This document shows positions 1 through 11,394 of a stretch of 64,000 bases of DNA, piece after piece (the stretch's first letter is position 1; the number at the start of each line of letters is the position of its first letter). Location of the stretch: positions 142,104,001 through 142,168,000 of the forward strand of contig NC_042998.1 in NCBI RefSeq assembly GCF_006345805.1, read 5' to 3'. The notes beneath the pieces are model-generated. The model had not been told where the DNA came from. It saw only the letters and a list, made by a program, of their open reading frames with translations, and did not search any database. A program made the translations under genes and the position numbers. The DNA is from Octopus sinensis. Its lineage: Eukaryota.

Positions 1-1400
1 AATTTTTTCTCTTATGAGGTTTTTACGCTATCTACCTGACAATTTCTTGTTAAGTTTTCCTTATTAAGTAGTTGTCCTTATTGCTAAATTTTTATATCCG
101 AAAAAACTTTTCCTCTCCCGAAATGCAATTCGTAAAAGTTTGCCATTCATCCGGATATAGTGTATATAAATTCAACCATGTGCTTCGTTGATGTTGATCA
201 GTTAGCTGATCGGCTTAAGCGAAGCGGGGTCGTTGTTTATTTATGGTATATTCAGCCTGCTGATGATTACGTAAGTATGAAATCACTGTGATACAGGTCT
301 ATATATTTTTAAATGTCTTTCTTTGAAAAATTGCATTCGGTGGGATTAGTAATATTTTTGGTAGAAATGACTGATTGTCCCTCTTAGCGTATGGCGTGTA
401 TGTAGAATGCCTCCTGGCATGTATGTATAATGCCCTCTATATATAAATTAATATGTTCAATAAGAAATAATTATTTTCGAAATTTTTTCTCTTATGAGGT
501 TTTTACGCTATCTACCTGACAATTTCTTGTTAAGTTTTCCTTATTAAGTAGTTGTCCTTAATTGCTAAATTTTTATTCCGAAAAAACTTTTCCTCTCCCG
601 AAATGCAATTCGTAAAAGTTTGCCATTCATCCGGATATAGTGTATATAAATTCAACCATGTGCTTCGTTGATGTTGATCAGTTAGCTGATCGGCTTAAGC
701 GAAGCGGGGTCGTTGTTATTTATGGTATATTCAGGCCTGCTGATGATTACGTTATGAAAGAACTGTGATACAGGTCTATATATTTTTAAATGTCTTTCTT
801 TGAAAAATTGCATTCGGTGGATTAGTAATATTTTTGGTAGAAATGACTGATTGTCCCTCTTAGCGTATGGCGTGTATGTAGAATGCCTCCTGGCATGTAT
901 GTATAATGCCCTCTATATATAAATTAATATGTTCAATAAGAAATAATTATTTTCGAAATTTTTTCTCTTATGAGGTTTTTACGCTATCTACCTGACAATT
1001 CTTGTTAAGTTTTCCTTATTAAGTAGTTGTCCTTAATTGCTAAATTTTTTTCCGAAAAAACTTTTCCTCTCCCGAATTCAATTCGTAAAGTTGCCATTCA
1101 TCCGGATATAGTGTATATAAATTCAACCATGTGCTTCGTTGATGTTGATCAGTTAGCTGATCGGCTTAAGCGAGCGGGTCGTTGTTTATTTATGGTATAT
1201 TCAGGCCTGCTGATGATTACGTAAGTATGAAATCACTGTGATACAGGTCTATATATTTTTAAATGTCTTTCTTTGAAAAATTGCATTCGGTGGGATTAGT
1301 AATATTTTTGGTAGAAATGACGATTGTCCCTCTTAGCGTATGGCGTGTATGTAGAATGCCTCCTGGCATGTATGTATAATGCCCTCTAATATAAATTAAT
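1..1400. repeat. Tandem repeat, ~478-bp unit, about 3 copies visible (runs off the window start)
   Basis: The unit start aattttttctcttatgaggtttttacgc recurs at 1, 481 and 957. Copies differ mostly by 1-nt indels in homopolymers. Confidence 0.95.
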
Positions 1401-1818
1401 ATATATATAATATATATATATATATACTTTGGGCGTCCTATGGGACGACCTAGGTGAGAGAGGAAGGCGGTGTATTTCAAATTGGTATAATACTTGCATT
1501 GTCCGATTAAATGGAACCGCCTAAAAAGGCCATAATGCAATAATACCTGGACATCCTTGTTACTTATTTGCTTTATATATATATATATATATATATGAAG
1601 GGATGGTATTATTAAAATACATCACGTGTGGCAAGCGAATTATCAGCCGAACAGCAAATGAATAAAATATACACATACACTATAAGATATGTATATATAT
1701 ATGTGTGTGTGTGTATGTGTGTGTGTATGTGTGTGTGTATGTGTGTGTGTGTGTGTGCGTGTGTGTGTGTGTGTGTGTGTGGTGTGTGTGTGTGTGTGTG
1801 TGCGTGTGTGTGTACACA

Positions 1819-2247
1819 TGATCACCTACATCACTAAAAATAGAAGTCAAAATACTTCTACGACAGAATAGTCACAAATCTACTACAGGCATGGTAGGAA
1901 AAAATTCCAGTGAACATTAAAAATGTCTTACCTCTGCTGGGTCAGCACAAGCAATACTGGTCAATTTGGAACCGGTTTCAAAATTAGCGCCCATTAGGTG
2001 CCTGTTTTTCTCCAACCAAAGTCTGCCAGTTTACTATTATTAAAAATTTTCCCCCACCATGCCCGCAAAAGTTCCTTTGAAGTGACCAAACACTATTTAA
2101 ACAGACGAATGATTGTGCTGACTTAGCAGAGGTAAGACGTTTTTAATGTTCACTAGATTTTTTTCCTACCATGCCTGTAGTAGATTTATGACTATTCTGT
2201 GGTATAGAAGTATTTTTGACTTCTATTTTTAGTGATGTAGATGCTCA
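1819..2247. repeat. Fold-back element with ~135-bp inverted arms and ~150-bp spacer
   Basis: ~1819-1962 (ctacatcactaaaaatagaagtc...cttacctctgct) is the near-exact reverse complement of ~2111-2247 (agcagaggtaag...gacttctatttttagtgatgtag). Confidence 0.85.
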
Positions 2248-2275
2248 TATGGTGCCTTCATGTTTATGTATGTAT

Positions 2276-2318
<43 letters not shown>

Positions 2319-2321
<3 letters not shown>

Positions 2322-2883
2322 CCAACTTAATGTGCCAGTCGCAGGAAAGGTAAGAATACTATTGCTATTTAACCCCAGAAAACATCGTTTCCTGTTGGCT
2401 ACGTGACACAAGCGTTCTGTGTCCTTAAGTTTTCTATCAGGGGAGATAAGCACCTCTACCCTGGAAAGCCAGCCTCCAGAGACTAGTTTAAGAGTTATTG
2501 CTCTTCATCAGTCTGGAGTAGCTTGGCTTGCTAGCTGTCGATGCTTATTCGCCTTTGAAAACTTATAGAATTTCAAGTGAAATAAATTCACTGATCAACA
2601 AAATTAGAAATCTCCCCTGTTTGAAAACTTAAGGACACTGAACGCTTGTGTCACATGGCCAACTGGAAACGATATTTCGTGTAGCTAAATAGCAGAAGTA
2701 TTCTTCCCTTTCTTGGGTCTGCTACATTAATTTCACAACAACCATCACTTTACCGTACTGCTACTGTATAAGACCCCCTGAGAAATTTAGAAATGCAATA
2801 TTTCTAATTTTGTAAATTAGTGAATTTATTTCACTTGAAATTCTATAAGTTTTCAAAGGCGAATAATAAGCATCGACAGCTAC
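2319..2883. mobile_element. Hammerhead-bearing non-coding repeat unit (Penelope pLTR or retrozyme-like): inverted copy plus partial direct copy
   Basis: 2319-2611 is the reverse complement of the unit seen on + at 2611-2883 and 4632-4912. No ORF. Confidence 0.75.
2474..2518 (-). ncRNA. Minimal type I hammerhead ribozyme, G12 mutated
   Basis: Minus strand: CTCCAGA CTGATGA AGAG caataa CTCT TAAAC TA GTC TCTGGAG. Perfect 7-bp stem I and 4-bp stem II; GAAA has become TAAA; stem III is the palindrome ACUAGU. Confidence 0.8.
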
Positions 2884-4631
2884 CCACTTTTCTTGTTATT
2901 TGGGAGGAGTCTAACCGAATTTTTGAGCGAAGCCGCCATTTTGGGGAAGAATTTAAACAATTGGGAAAAAATGAAGAGTTATGCGGAAGCTACTGGAGGT
3001 CGACATACCTGGACCCACGTGTGCTGAAGCCGAAGAGGATGGAGTGGAATGAAGAGAAGATAGCCAAATATTATGGCATGATAAAAAAAAGACGGGTCAA
3101 ACATAAAAACGACCCTGCCTGAGGAGGAAAAAAGAAAAATGGAAAGCAGGACGGTGATATTCAGAACATTTTCGAATGAAATTAGAATAGAATACGCGCC
3201 GTAGGAAGAGATAGAGGAAATATTGAAGGAACAAATAGGTGAAGAGATAACTGCCTTTACAAGAGGAAGGAAATATGCAATTATAATTGTAGCCTTTACA
3301 TCAGAAGAGGAGGCGAAAATGACGACAACAGACTGATAATGGGAGAGAAATGGACGTTGATGCCGAACTGTTTGGGCAAAAGAATCGTCATGGTCAGGGA
3401 TGGAAGAATCCCACCTTCGATAGACCCAGAATGGGTAATAGTCGCAATTTTTAATTCAGAGATGGAGAAGGGAAATGAAAACCTGGAGATTTGCATAGTA
3501 AGTAGAACTCAACAACTGAATTGCTGGGGATATGGTATTAAAGTAATTTGCGCGGTAAGCCCAGAATATTACGACAAAATGGCGGAAACTGTGGAATTAC
3601 GAAACGGTGACAATCTGGAAGTAATGTTGGAGGGGAGACCCCCAAAATGTTACGGATGCGGTGAAAGAGGACACCTGAGAAGGAAATGTCCTAGAGCAGT
3701 AGTAGAAATGGCGGAAGAGAGTGTTCATGAAGGTGTAGTGGTGAGAAAAAGCAGAAGTAGAGAACAGAATAAGATGGGAATTTGGCGGAGGCAAAACCCA
3801 AGAAAAGAGAGAGAAGAAAGTCACCGACGACAGTGAAAGTGAAGAAGTGTAAAGGAATGGAAGAAGAAACTCAACCCACGACGAGAAACGGAGAAAATGT
3901 ACCAGAGGAAGTACTAGCAAAGGAATTAAAAGGACAGAGTCATGCAGACCAAAAACAAGACAACCTAAAAACCTAAAAACGGAAACCTAAAAACATACAG
4001 ACGAAGCACGTAGAGTTACAGCCAAACGAACACAGAGACGCACAAACACATAAATACACAGACTTAGAGACAAAGATACAAGAACACATAAAACAGCAGG
4101 AAAATAGAAACAAAAAGAGACAACATGAAAAACACAAACAATAGGAAAATTATAGTGAGGTAGGACACCCCAACGTAAAGGAGTGTAAGAATGAAAGACA
4201 TTGTGAGAGACAGAAGAGGTAAGTCGATACAATTTTGTAAAGACTGAGGAAAACCATTTTGCAATGGTTGAATGAACAGGTTTCCAAAATGTTTTTTAAA
4301 AAATATTGTATTATACATTCGGTTGACTTCTAAAGAAAAAGGAAAAATAAGAAGTAAATCTTGTTTGAACATATGTTTTAAAAGTGGTGTAATTGTAGGG
4401 CAAAAGCGAAAAGGGAAATCGCGGTTTCGCCTCGAAGCGAGGCGAGACGTTGTGTAAAAGTTAATGGTAAAGGAATAGACGGTTTCATCTCGCAGCGGGA
4501 GTGAGATGGCCGGCTCATTTGCATTGTAAATATATTCATTTCACATTCATCCTTCATATAGTTTATGTTCCCGCATGTCTTTGTATGTCTCCTCTGTAAT
4601 TAGGCCTTGTGCCTGTAATAAAGAATCAAGC
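2884..4631 (+). mobile_element. LINE-like insert carrying only an ORF1/gag-like region and a 3' UTR
   Basis: Interrupts the hammerhead repeat between cgacagcta and gcaagcc. Ends in aataaagaatcaagcaa. Contains a CCHC-knuckle ORF, with no RT motifs seen. Confidence 0.6.
3339..3836 (+). pseudogene. Degenerate gag-like ORF1 nucleic-acid-binding protein with CCHC zinc knuckle
   Basis: EGRPPKCYGCGERGHLRRKCP (CX2CX4HX4C). Homologous-looking frame extends upstream to ~3130 and downstream to ~3976 across stops and frameshifts. Confidence 0.75.
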
Positions 4632-4912
4632 AAGCAAGCCAAGCTACTCCAGACTGATGAAGAATAATAACTCTGAAACTAGTCTATGGAAGCTGGCTTT
4701 GCTGGGTGGAGGTGCTTATCGCCTCTGTTTGAAAACCTAAGGACACAGAACGCTTGTGCCACGTAGCCAACTGGAAACGATGTTTCCTAGGGCTGAATAG
4801 CAGTAGTATTCTTCCCTTTCCTGGGACTGCCACATTAAGTTGGCAACAAACCATCACTTTATCGTGCTGCTTCTCTATAAGTCTGAGAGATTTAGAAATG
4901 CAATATTTCTAA
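4632..4912 (+). mobile_element. Direct copy of the hammerhead-bearing repeat unit
   Basis: Aligns with 2611-2809 (direct) and 2319-2531 (inverted). Confidence 0.8.
4647..4691 (+). ncRNA. Minimal type I hammerhead ribozyme, core intact
   Basis: CTCCAGA CTGATGA AGAA taataa CTCT GAAAC TA GTC TATGGAA. Full CUGAUGA/GAAA/GUC core, with mismatches in stems I and II. Confidence 0.85.
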
Positions 4913-5391
4913 TTATATATATATAAGTACATATATAGTATGTACATGTATGTGAGTATATGGATATATACACGCTTTATTTTGTAAAGAGACGAGAGGA
5001 GAGAGTGAAAGAGAGAGAGAGAGAATAAGAGTCAAATACAGAGGAAGTTAACATACAAGGTGCATGATAAGAGCACGTAGTGGACTTTTTGTCAGGAAAT
5101 AAGTAAATGAACGTTATACACGCCAAATGAGAGATAAAGAGTTAAGGAAGGGGGAGCAAAACAGTACTTATACGTATATGTATATTATATATATATATGT
5201 GGGGGGGTACGTACATGTATATGTATATCTTTACATATATACACATATATATATATATATCTAAATATACATATACACATGTATATGTGTGTGTATGTGT
5301 ACAAAAAAATCCCAGGATTCAAGAGAATCAGGTACTTAAATAGTGGAAACACCAAGATCGGGTCGGTGAGAGCGTCATTGTACGCAATGTA

Positions 5392-6486
5392 CGAGGTGTA
5401 TTTATTAAAGTTTTCCCCTGACCCACTTCCCAACGACTGGGTTAAACGAAACTTGCATAAATATGTCCTTATCTACATAGCCACCACCATTGATGACACA
5501 CTTCTCCTATCGCTTTATACTTCTGTAGAAGTCGGTAGGTTGCGTCTGGAACCAAGAATTTATCTCGGAAATTAGTTCATCATCCGAAAAGTGCTTCTCC
5601 TTTAAGAAAAAGACTTTATGGTTGGTAAGAGATGGATGTCAGATGGTGCGAGGTCAAGAGAGCAACGGGGAAGAGGAAGGATTTAATAGCTTCAGGAGTG
5701 TGCTTTCATCTGGGCAACATGTGCTTCGTGAACTGCAGCGTTGTCTTGGGTGAGGTGGACTACTTTGGTCAACATGCCATGCCTGTCTGCTTTGATAACA
5801 TCCCGCAATTTCTGCAGCAGAAAAGCATATGTCCCGTTAATTGTGGTGCCTTCGCCAGAAAATCCATCATCACAATTCCGTGCTAGTCCCAAAAGACTGA
5901 GCATCACCTTGCTATTGAGGGTTGGACACGAGCTTTCTTTGGAGGTGGTGAGTTATTATGCTTCCGTTGTTTCGACTGAACTTTAGACTTAGGATGATAG
6001 TGATGGACCCATGTTTCATTCTGTATAATAAGTTTGCCAAGGAATCCATTGTGCACTACTTCAGCATGTGCAAATGGTCGTGAGTGATTTTTTCTACTGA
6101 CCCTACACTTATCTTCATTTCTTGGCCAAGTTGCCGAATGCTTATGCGGCCGCTTCCTCTTTATGTCATCAGTGGCGGAATGTGGTCGTCCAGGAATAGG
6201 AGCAGTCTCCACCGATGTCCGACCACATTTGAACTGCCGATGCCTGTGCGTGACTACGTCGTATGTTGGTGCACTGCCACCATAAACCTGTTCAGTAATT
6301 TACATTCAATTGCCTCCATTATAACACCTTAGTCCACTTCACAGCCGCAAAAGACAAACGAATACTAGTGGAAAGCTACAATTTACAATGTGAGATGTTG
6401 AGACATTTATGATTATACAGGCACAAGTTGCGTTTCCTGCAATAAACGGAAGTGGGTCAGGGGTAATCTTTAATGAACGTCCCTCG
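5392..6486 (-). mobile_element. Mariner DNA transposon with degenerate transposase
   Basis: ~39-bp imperfect TIRs (5392-5430 and 6448-6486) flanked by TA. Minus-strand motifs APIPGRPHSAT, NETWVHHY and LTQDNAAVH match mariner DETW and HDNA-x-PH motifs. Confidence 0.92.
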
Positions 6487-6693
6487 TATAACAACAAATA
6501 CATACTCAATGAAGTAAACACGGATTTATTCTCCATTTATACACACATTCACAAATGGCTGACTGATTATACAGCGTGTCATCAATGTCATACATGGGTA
6601 CAATTACTGCACCACCGTGTATAGACTCTAGATCCAAACGAATTGCTGGTTCCGAATCAGGTGAAGGATAAACAATAACAAGATAGATTGTGG

Positions 6694-6782
6694 TTCACTA
6701 CAGCTGTTTCAGGCGTGTTTATTTTTTATTGATAAACAGAAGTGTTACATCATGCAAATAAAGTCAGTTTTCATCAGGTGAA
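6694..6782 (-). ncRNA. Type I hammerhead-like motif with long stem II insert
   Basis: Minus strand: TTCAC CTGATGA [~60 nt] GAAAC AGCT GTA GTGAA. Perfect 5-bp stem I; stem III palindrome ACAGCUGU. Confidence 0.65.
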
Positions 6783-7200
6783 TACAGGTAAGAATTAAAT
6801 AGAATTTCTCAAGAACAAATACATAGTACCAGAAGACTCAGCCGACTCAAGTTCGGTCAGAGAATGAAGAGATTAAGTTAGCAATAAGTTTATAACGAAG
6901 AACTCGTTGAAGTGCTGGATCGGGAAGGGGAGTGAGTGAAGAGAGAAAGGCTGAAGAGAGGAGAGAGAAGAGACTGCATGATCTCGTTTGACCCCGTAAA
7001 GTGTTATAAATAAGATAAGGTTGTTTCTAAATAGTTGACAGGGTCTCTATAAACGGGAACAATAAAACGAAATGGTGGGGGGAAACCAAATACTTACGCA
7101 CATACACGCATTTGTGTATATAGGTACCTGCACAGATACACACACACATATATGTGTGTGTAGATATATGTGGGTGGGTGTGGATATATATGTGTATGTC

Positions 7201-7306
7201 AGTCCCAAAAGACTGAGCATCACCTTGCTATTGAGGGTTGGACACGAGCTTTCTTTGGAGGTGGTGAGTTATTATGCTTCCGTTGTTTCGACTGAACTTT
7301 AGACTT
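7201..7306 (+). repeat. Exact 106-bp copy of mariner-internal 5885-5990
   Basis: Base-for-base identical (agtcccaaaagac...gaactttagactt), embedded in microsatellite-rich sequence. Confidence 0.95.
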
Positions 7307-7384
7307 CGGATTTAATGCAGATGCAGCTATGTGTGTACACATATACATACCTCTGTCTCTCCCTCTCTCTCTCACTCTTTCTTC

Positions 7385-7504
7385 TGTTGGCCTGCTCGCT
7401 TAGCCTGCGGGGTGGCGTCATTTGAAGGCTAAAACAATGCGAAGCGCATTGTGACCAGCGATGTGTAGCAACATCTGATAGCCTGGTCGGTCACGGTGAT
7501 CACG

Positions 7505-7508
<4 letters not shown>
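7385..7508 (+). mobile_element. SINE 3' fragment
   Basis: gcctgctcgcttagcc...ggtcggtcacggtgatcacggtgat ends in a short tandem tail; recalled as a common cephalopod SINE 3' end. Confidence 0.5.
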
Positions 7509-7563
<55 letters not shown>

Positions 7564-8524
7564 TTGGAAAAGGATGCGTGGCGTTAGATCATATAATAAT
7601 ATAAATAATAATATAAATATATGCATATATACATACATATATGTACATACCTACATATATATGTATATATACATGTATATATGGGTACAGGACATCAAAA
7701 AACGTTTAACACAATGAGAAACGAAAGCATAAAAACAAACAAAAAATAGAAACGAACTATTTTTCAAACAACGAAAAACAGAGTACAAGACATACAATAC
7801 AAAGAATATTCCCCTTCTTCAGTTGTCCCTGTTTCATCTACTCTGCGTTTCGAAGGTATGCGCACGCGCACTCACCCCCCCCCACACACACACACATTAC
7901 AAATTTGCAAGTTATAATGGTAACAATGACTTCAAATTTTCGGCTTGCTAACCTTCATGAGACTGTGGTGCAATTGAGTTCATCTTTGCTTCCTATAATT
8001 TCTGGAAAGCTTGTATTTTCTGGTATAGATGGTGGCATGTTGAATGATAAGTTGTAAGGTAAGTTTTGATAGGATAAGTTTATCATTACCGCTTCAAAAG
8101 TGAAAAGCTGGATTTTGTAAATGTGTAGACTTACGTATCAGGAAGCGAAGCAGGTGAATATGACATAAATACCATCTTGGACGGTAACCGAAATTAAGCA
8201 CTGGCAGAAGAATTTGACATACCTTCTTCAGGAACATTCAATAGCGGCAGCAGCACATCTGGATGAATAAAGACGAATGGCACTGGATTTTGAAATGTCG
8301 ACTCGTATGTTGCATAGTACAAAGGAAATAGATTAGAGCCAGTATAATCACTGGAGCTCCAATAACTTTAAATACACATAACTATGAAGCCACATTAAGG
8401 AAACAATGCTAAAAGTTCTATTATTTTCAATTGAAGCTAAAACGCAATATTACAACAGTACCGTTACACATACACATACACATACATACACACATGTATA
8501 TATATGTGTGCCTGTATGTGTGTG

Positions 8525-8571
<47 letters not shown>

Positions 8572-9218
8572 TTATGTATACATGTATATATATTTATACA
8601 CACACAAACGTATATATAATCCTATTTATTATTCTCATTTCAATGAAAATATATCTTCGAAGCTAAGCTGTTTCATATAATTGGGTCTTTCTTTGATTAA
8701 TTTATCCTGCAGCATGTAAGCGTTCAATATTTCTTGTTCAGTTATAAAACTTCATTGTTCTAGACCTTTTAGCACTTTTCCTGTCAACAGAGATAATATA
8801 TCAATGGAGATTCTTTCTGCTGTTACTTCTTCTTCATATTCACCACTGTTTTCTTCCTTACTTTGTTTGTTCACAATTAATAGCAACCCATTTAATCTCC
8901 CACTGAGTATAACGATGTACGTAAGTTACACTACGTTCATCCATTCCTCAGCATTATCTTCATCCATTCCCAGTGTAAGGATCTTGGTAGCAGGATTAGT
9001 TACATCCTAACGGATAGAAAATATTAATAGTTCATGTATAATCTGCTTATCCTTTGAAACCGTGAATCTTGTGATTACATTTGCAGAATCCTAATAGTAG
9101 AGCTCACATATGTGCACAGGTATACATTCTAAATATTTTGAGGAACTACGCAATTTACGTTACTAAACATTACAGAAACTATACAATAAATATTTTCCGG
9201 TGAAAAACAATATGCTTA

Positions 9219-9389
9219 GGTGCAGGCGTAGCTGTGTGACAAGAAGCTTTCTTTCCAATCACTTCGCTCCGGGTTCAGTCCCACTGCATGGCACCTTGGG
9301 CAAGTGTCTTCTACTATAGCTTCTGACCGACCAAAGCCTTGTGAGTGGATTTGGTAGAGGAAAACTGAAAGAAGCCCGTCACATATGTG

Positions 9390-9423
<34 letters not shown>

Positions 9424-9700
9424 AATACGCACCTGTATGTGTGTGTGTGTCTTTGTGTCTGTGTTTGTCCCCCACCACTACCACCAACATCATCACCGCT
9501 TGACAACTGGTATTGGTACGTTTACACCTCCTTAACCTAGCCGTTCAGCAAAAGAACCGATAGAATAAGTACCTAGTTTTAAAAAAAGTCCCGAGGACGA
9601 TTTGTTCGGCTAAAACCTTCCAAGGCAGTGTTTTCCACCATGGCTGCAGTCATATAACTGAAACAAGTAAAAGAATAAAAGAGAATAAAAAGATATAAAG
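9219..9700 (+). mobile_element. tRNA-derived SINE (family B) with associated 3' segment
   Basis: A-box/B-box-like head (gctgtgtgacaag...gggttcagtccc) and ccttgggcaagtgtc core. Homologous reverse copies at 25920-26245, 50880-51010 and 54030-54190. Confidence 0.8.
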
Positions 9701-10211
9701 ACGAAAAATGTATCTCTCACTGTCATTGGCTAACAATAAATAACTGTCATTGGTTAACATATCTGTTGCGCTCGACTTTCCGGAGCATCACCTGATACAC
9801 TATCTGTGTATTTGCGGGTCATTTGCCTCAGCAACTTTTCAGACACTGTTTACTATATCAATAGCAGTGGGTTTTGTCTTAGCATGCGACTGCCGGTGGA
9901 TACTTACTACTGACGAAGCCCAAAGATACTGAAAAGAGTTTTTAGCGATACTACCGCTGCTGCTGCTGCTGCCGGAAGAATTTCGCTTGCAACTTATTCA
10001 TTTTTGTGTTGTTTTATTTTTTATCACTGTACGTCTATTTTAGGTGCTGTCTCGGGATGAATACTGCAGTTGTTTGGGCTTTCGGTTATGTATCTGTTTT
10101 ATGTATGATACACACATGATTTCAAAATAATACGGCTTCAGTTGCACATAACGAAATATTTATATATGTATATACATACAGACATACATATAGATAGATA
10201 GATAGATAGAT

Positions 10212-10276
<65 letters not shown>

Positions 10277-10290
10277 CAGACGATAGATAG

Positions 10291-10327
<37 letters not shown>

Positions 10328-11336
10328 CAGAGAGACAGACAGACGATAGATAGATAGAGATAGAGAGAGAGAGAGAGATAGAGAGATAGATAGAGAGAGA
10401 GAGAGGGGGAGAGTCTGACGCGACGTCCATGGGGCTAAACTTTTTGTGGATACGAAACCATTAGTCACTTTATGACCGGATATACACTTAACTACACACA
10501 CACACACAAGCACATACACACACACACACACATATTTGCATATCCATAAATATGTACATCATAGAAATATTTCTTGATATTGTCACAATATTTTAAAAAG
10601 AAATTCGCAACTTAAAATTATCAATTATGTAAAAAATTCTTTTTTTAAAAAAAGCAGATTAACGCAGACGTGATGGAAGGAAGTTTCTGTGCAAATGCTT
10701 TTCGCCATTTTCAAATAATGAAAAGTACTTAAATAAAAATGTTCTTCCACCAGGTGTATTAATACGCTTTCTACAAAAAGTGTTTAATATAATTATTTAT
10801 TTTTAAGTTAAGAATATTTTTTCAAGTCTATCTATCTGTCTATCTATTTAATTTGTTTCTTTATTTCTTTCATTCTTTCTCTCTGTCTGGCTGTCTTCAT
10901 ATCTTTCTATACATAGTTACATATTATATATATATATGTGTGTGTGTGTAAAACATAAAGTACAGGACATCCCCAACGAGTGAAAATACGTAAACACAAA
11001 ATGGGAAACAAGTACGGGACAAAATACCAAAAGAAATCTAAGCCCTCCTCAGTTGTCGACTGTTAATCATTCCCTATTTCGTGCTTTTAACAAGATAGGA
11101 AAACTTCATATAACAGCAGCAACCAGAAGTTCTAAAAATATAAATTTGTGGAGAGTTAGAGCTTTGAACGAACGAACAACGACGACGTACAGAATAGACA
11201 ATCGACGAAGACAAACATTAAGGGCCCTTAGGCCAAGATGCATTGTATTGGGTAACGCCTGGGAGAAATTTTGAAAGGATATAGAATGAATAGAAGAGAA
11301 GAAAATAGAAGAGAAAAAAGAAAAATATAGGAGAAA

Positions 11337-11394
<58 letters not shown>

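Noticed and set aside
1-1400. Tandem array as a CRISPR or multi-copy small gene
   Set aside because: No repeat-spacer alternation; the 65-aa ORF is broken by indels in the other copies.
7800-7857. GAAAC...CTGAAGA on the minus strand (similar at 11040-11090) as a type II hammerhead
   Set aside because: No stem I can form between the putative cleavage triplet and the core, and the stem II register is off.
7912-8058. Plus-strand candidate exon ending in AAG|GTAAGT
   Set aside because: All three frames contain a stop, the acceptor is weak and no partner exons were found.
9905-9950. CTGACGA...GAAA hammerhead-like string
   Set aside because: Only a 2-bp stem II and no convincing stem I or III.
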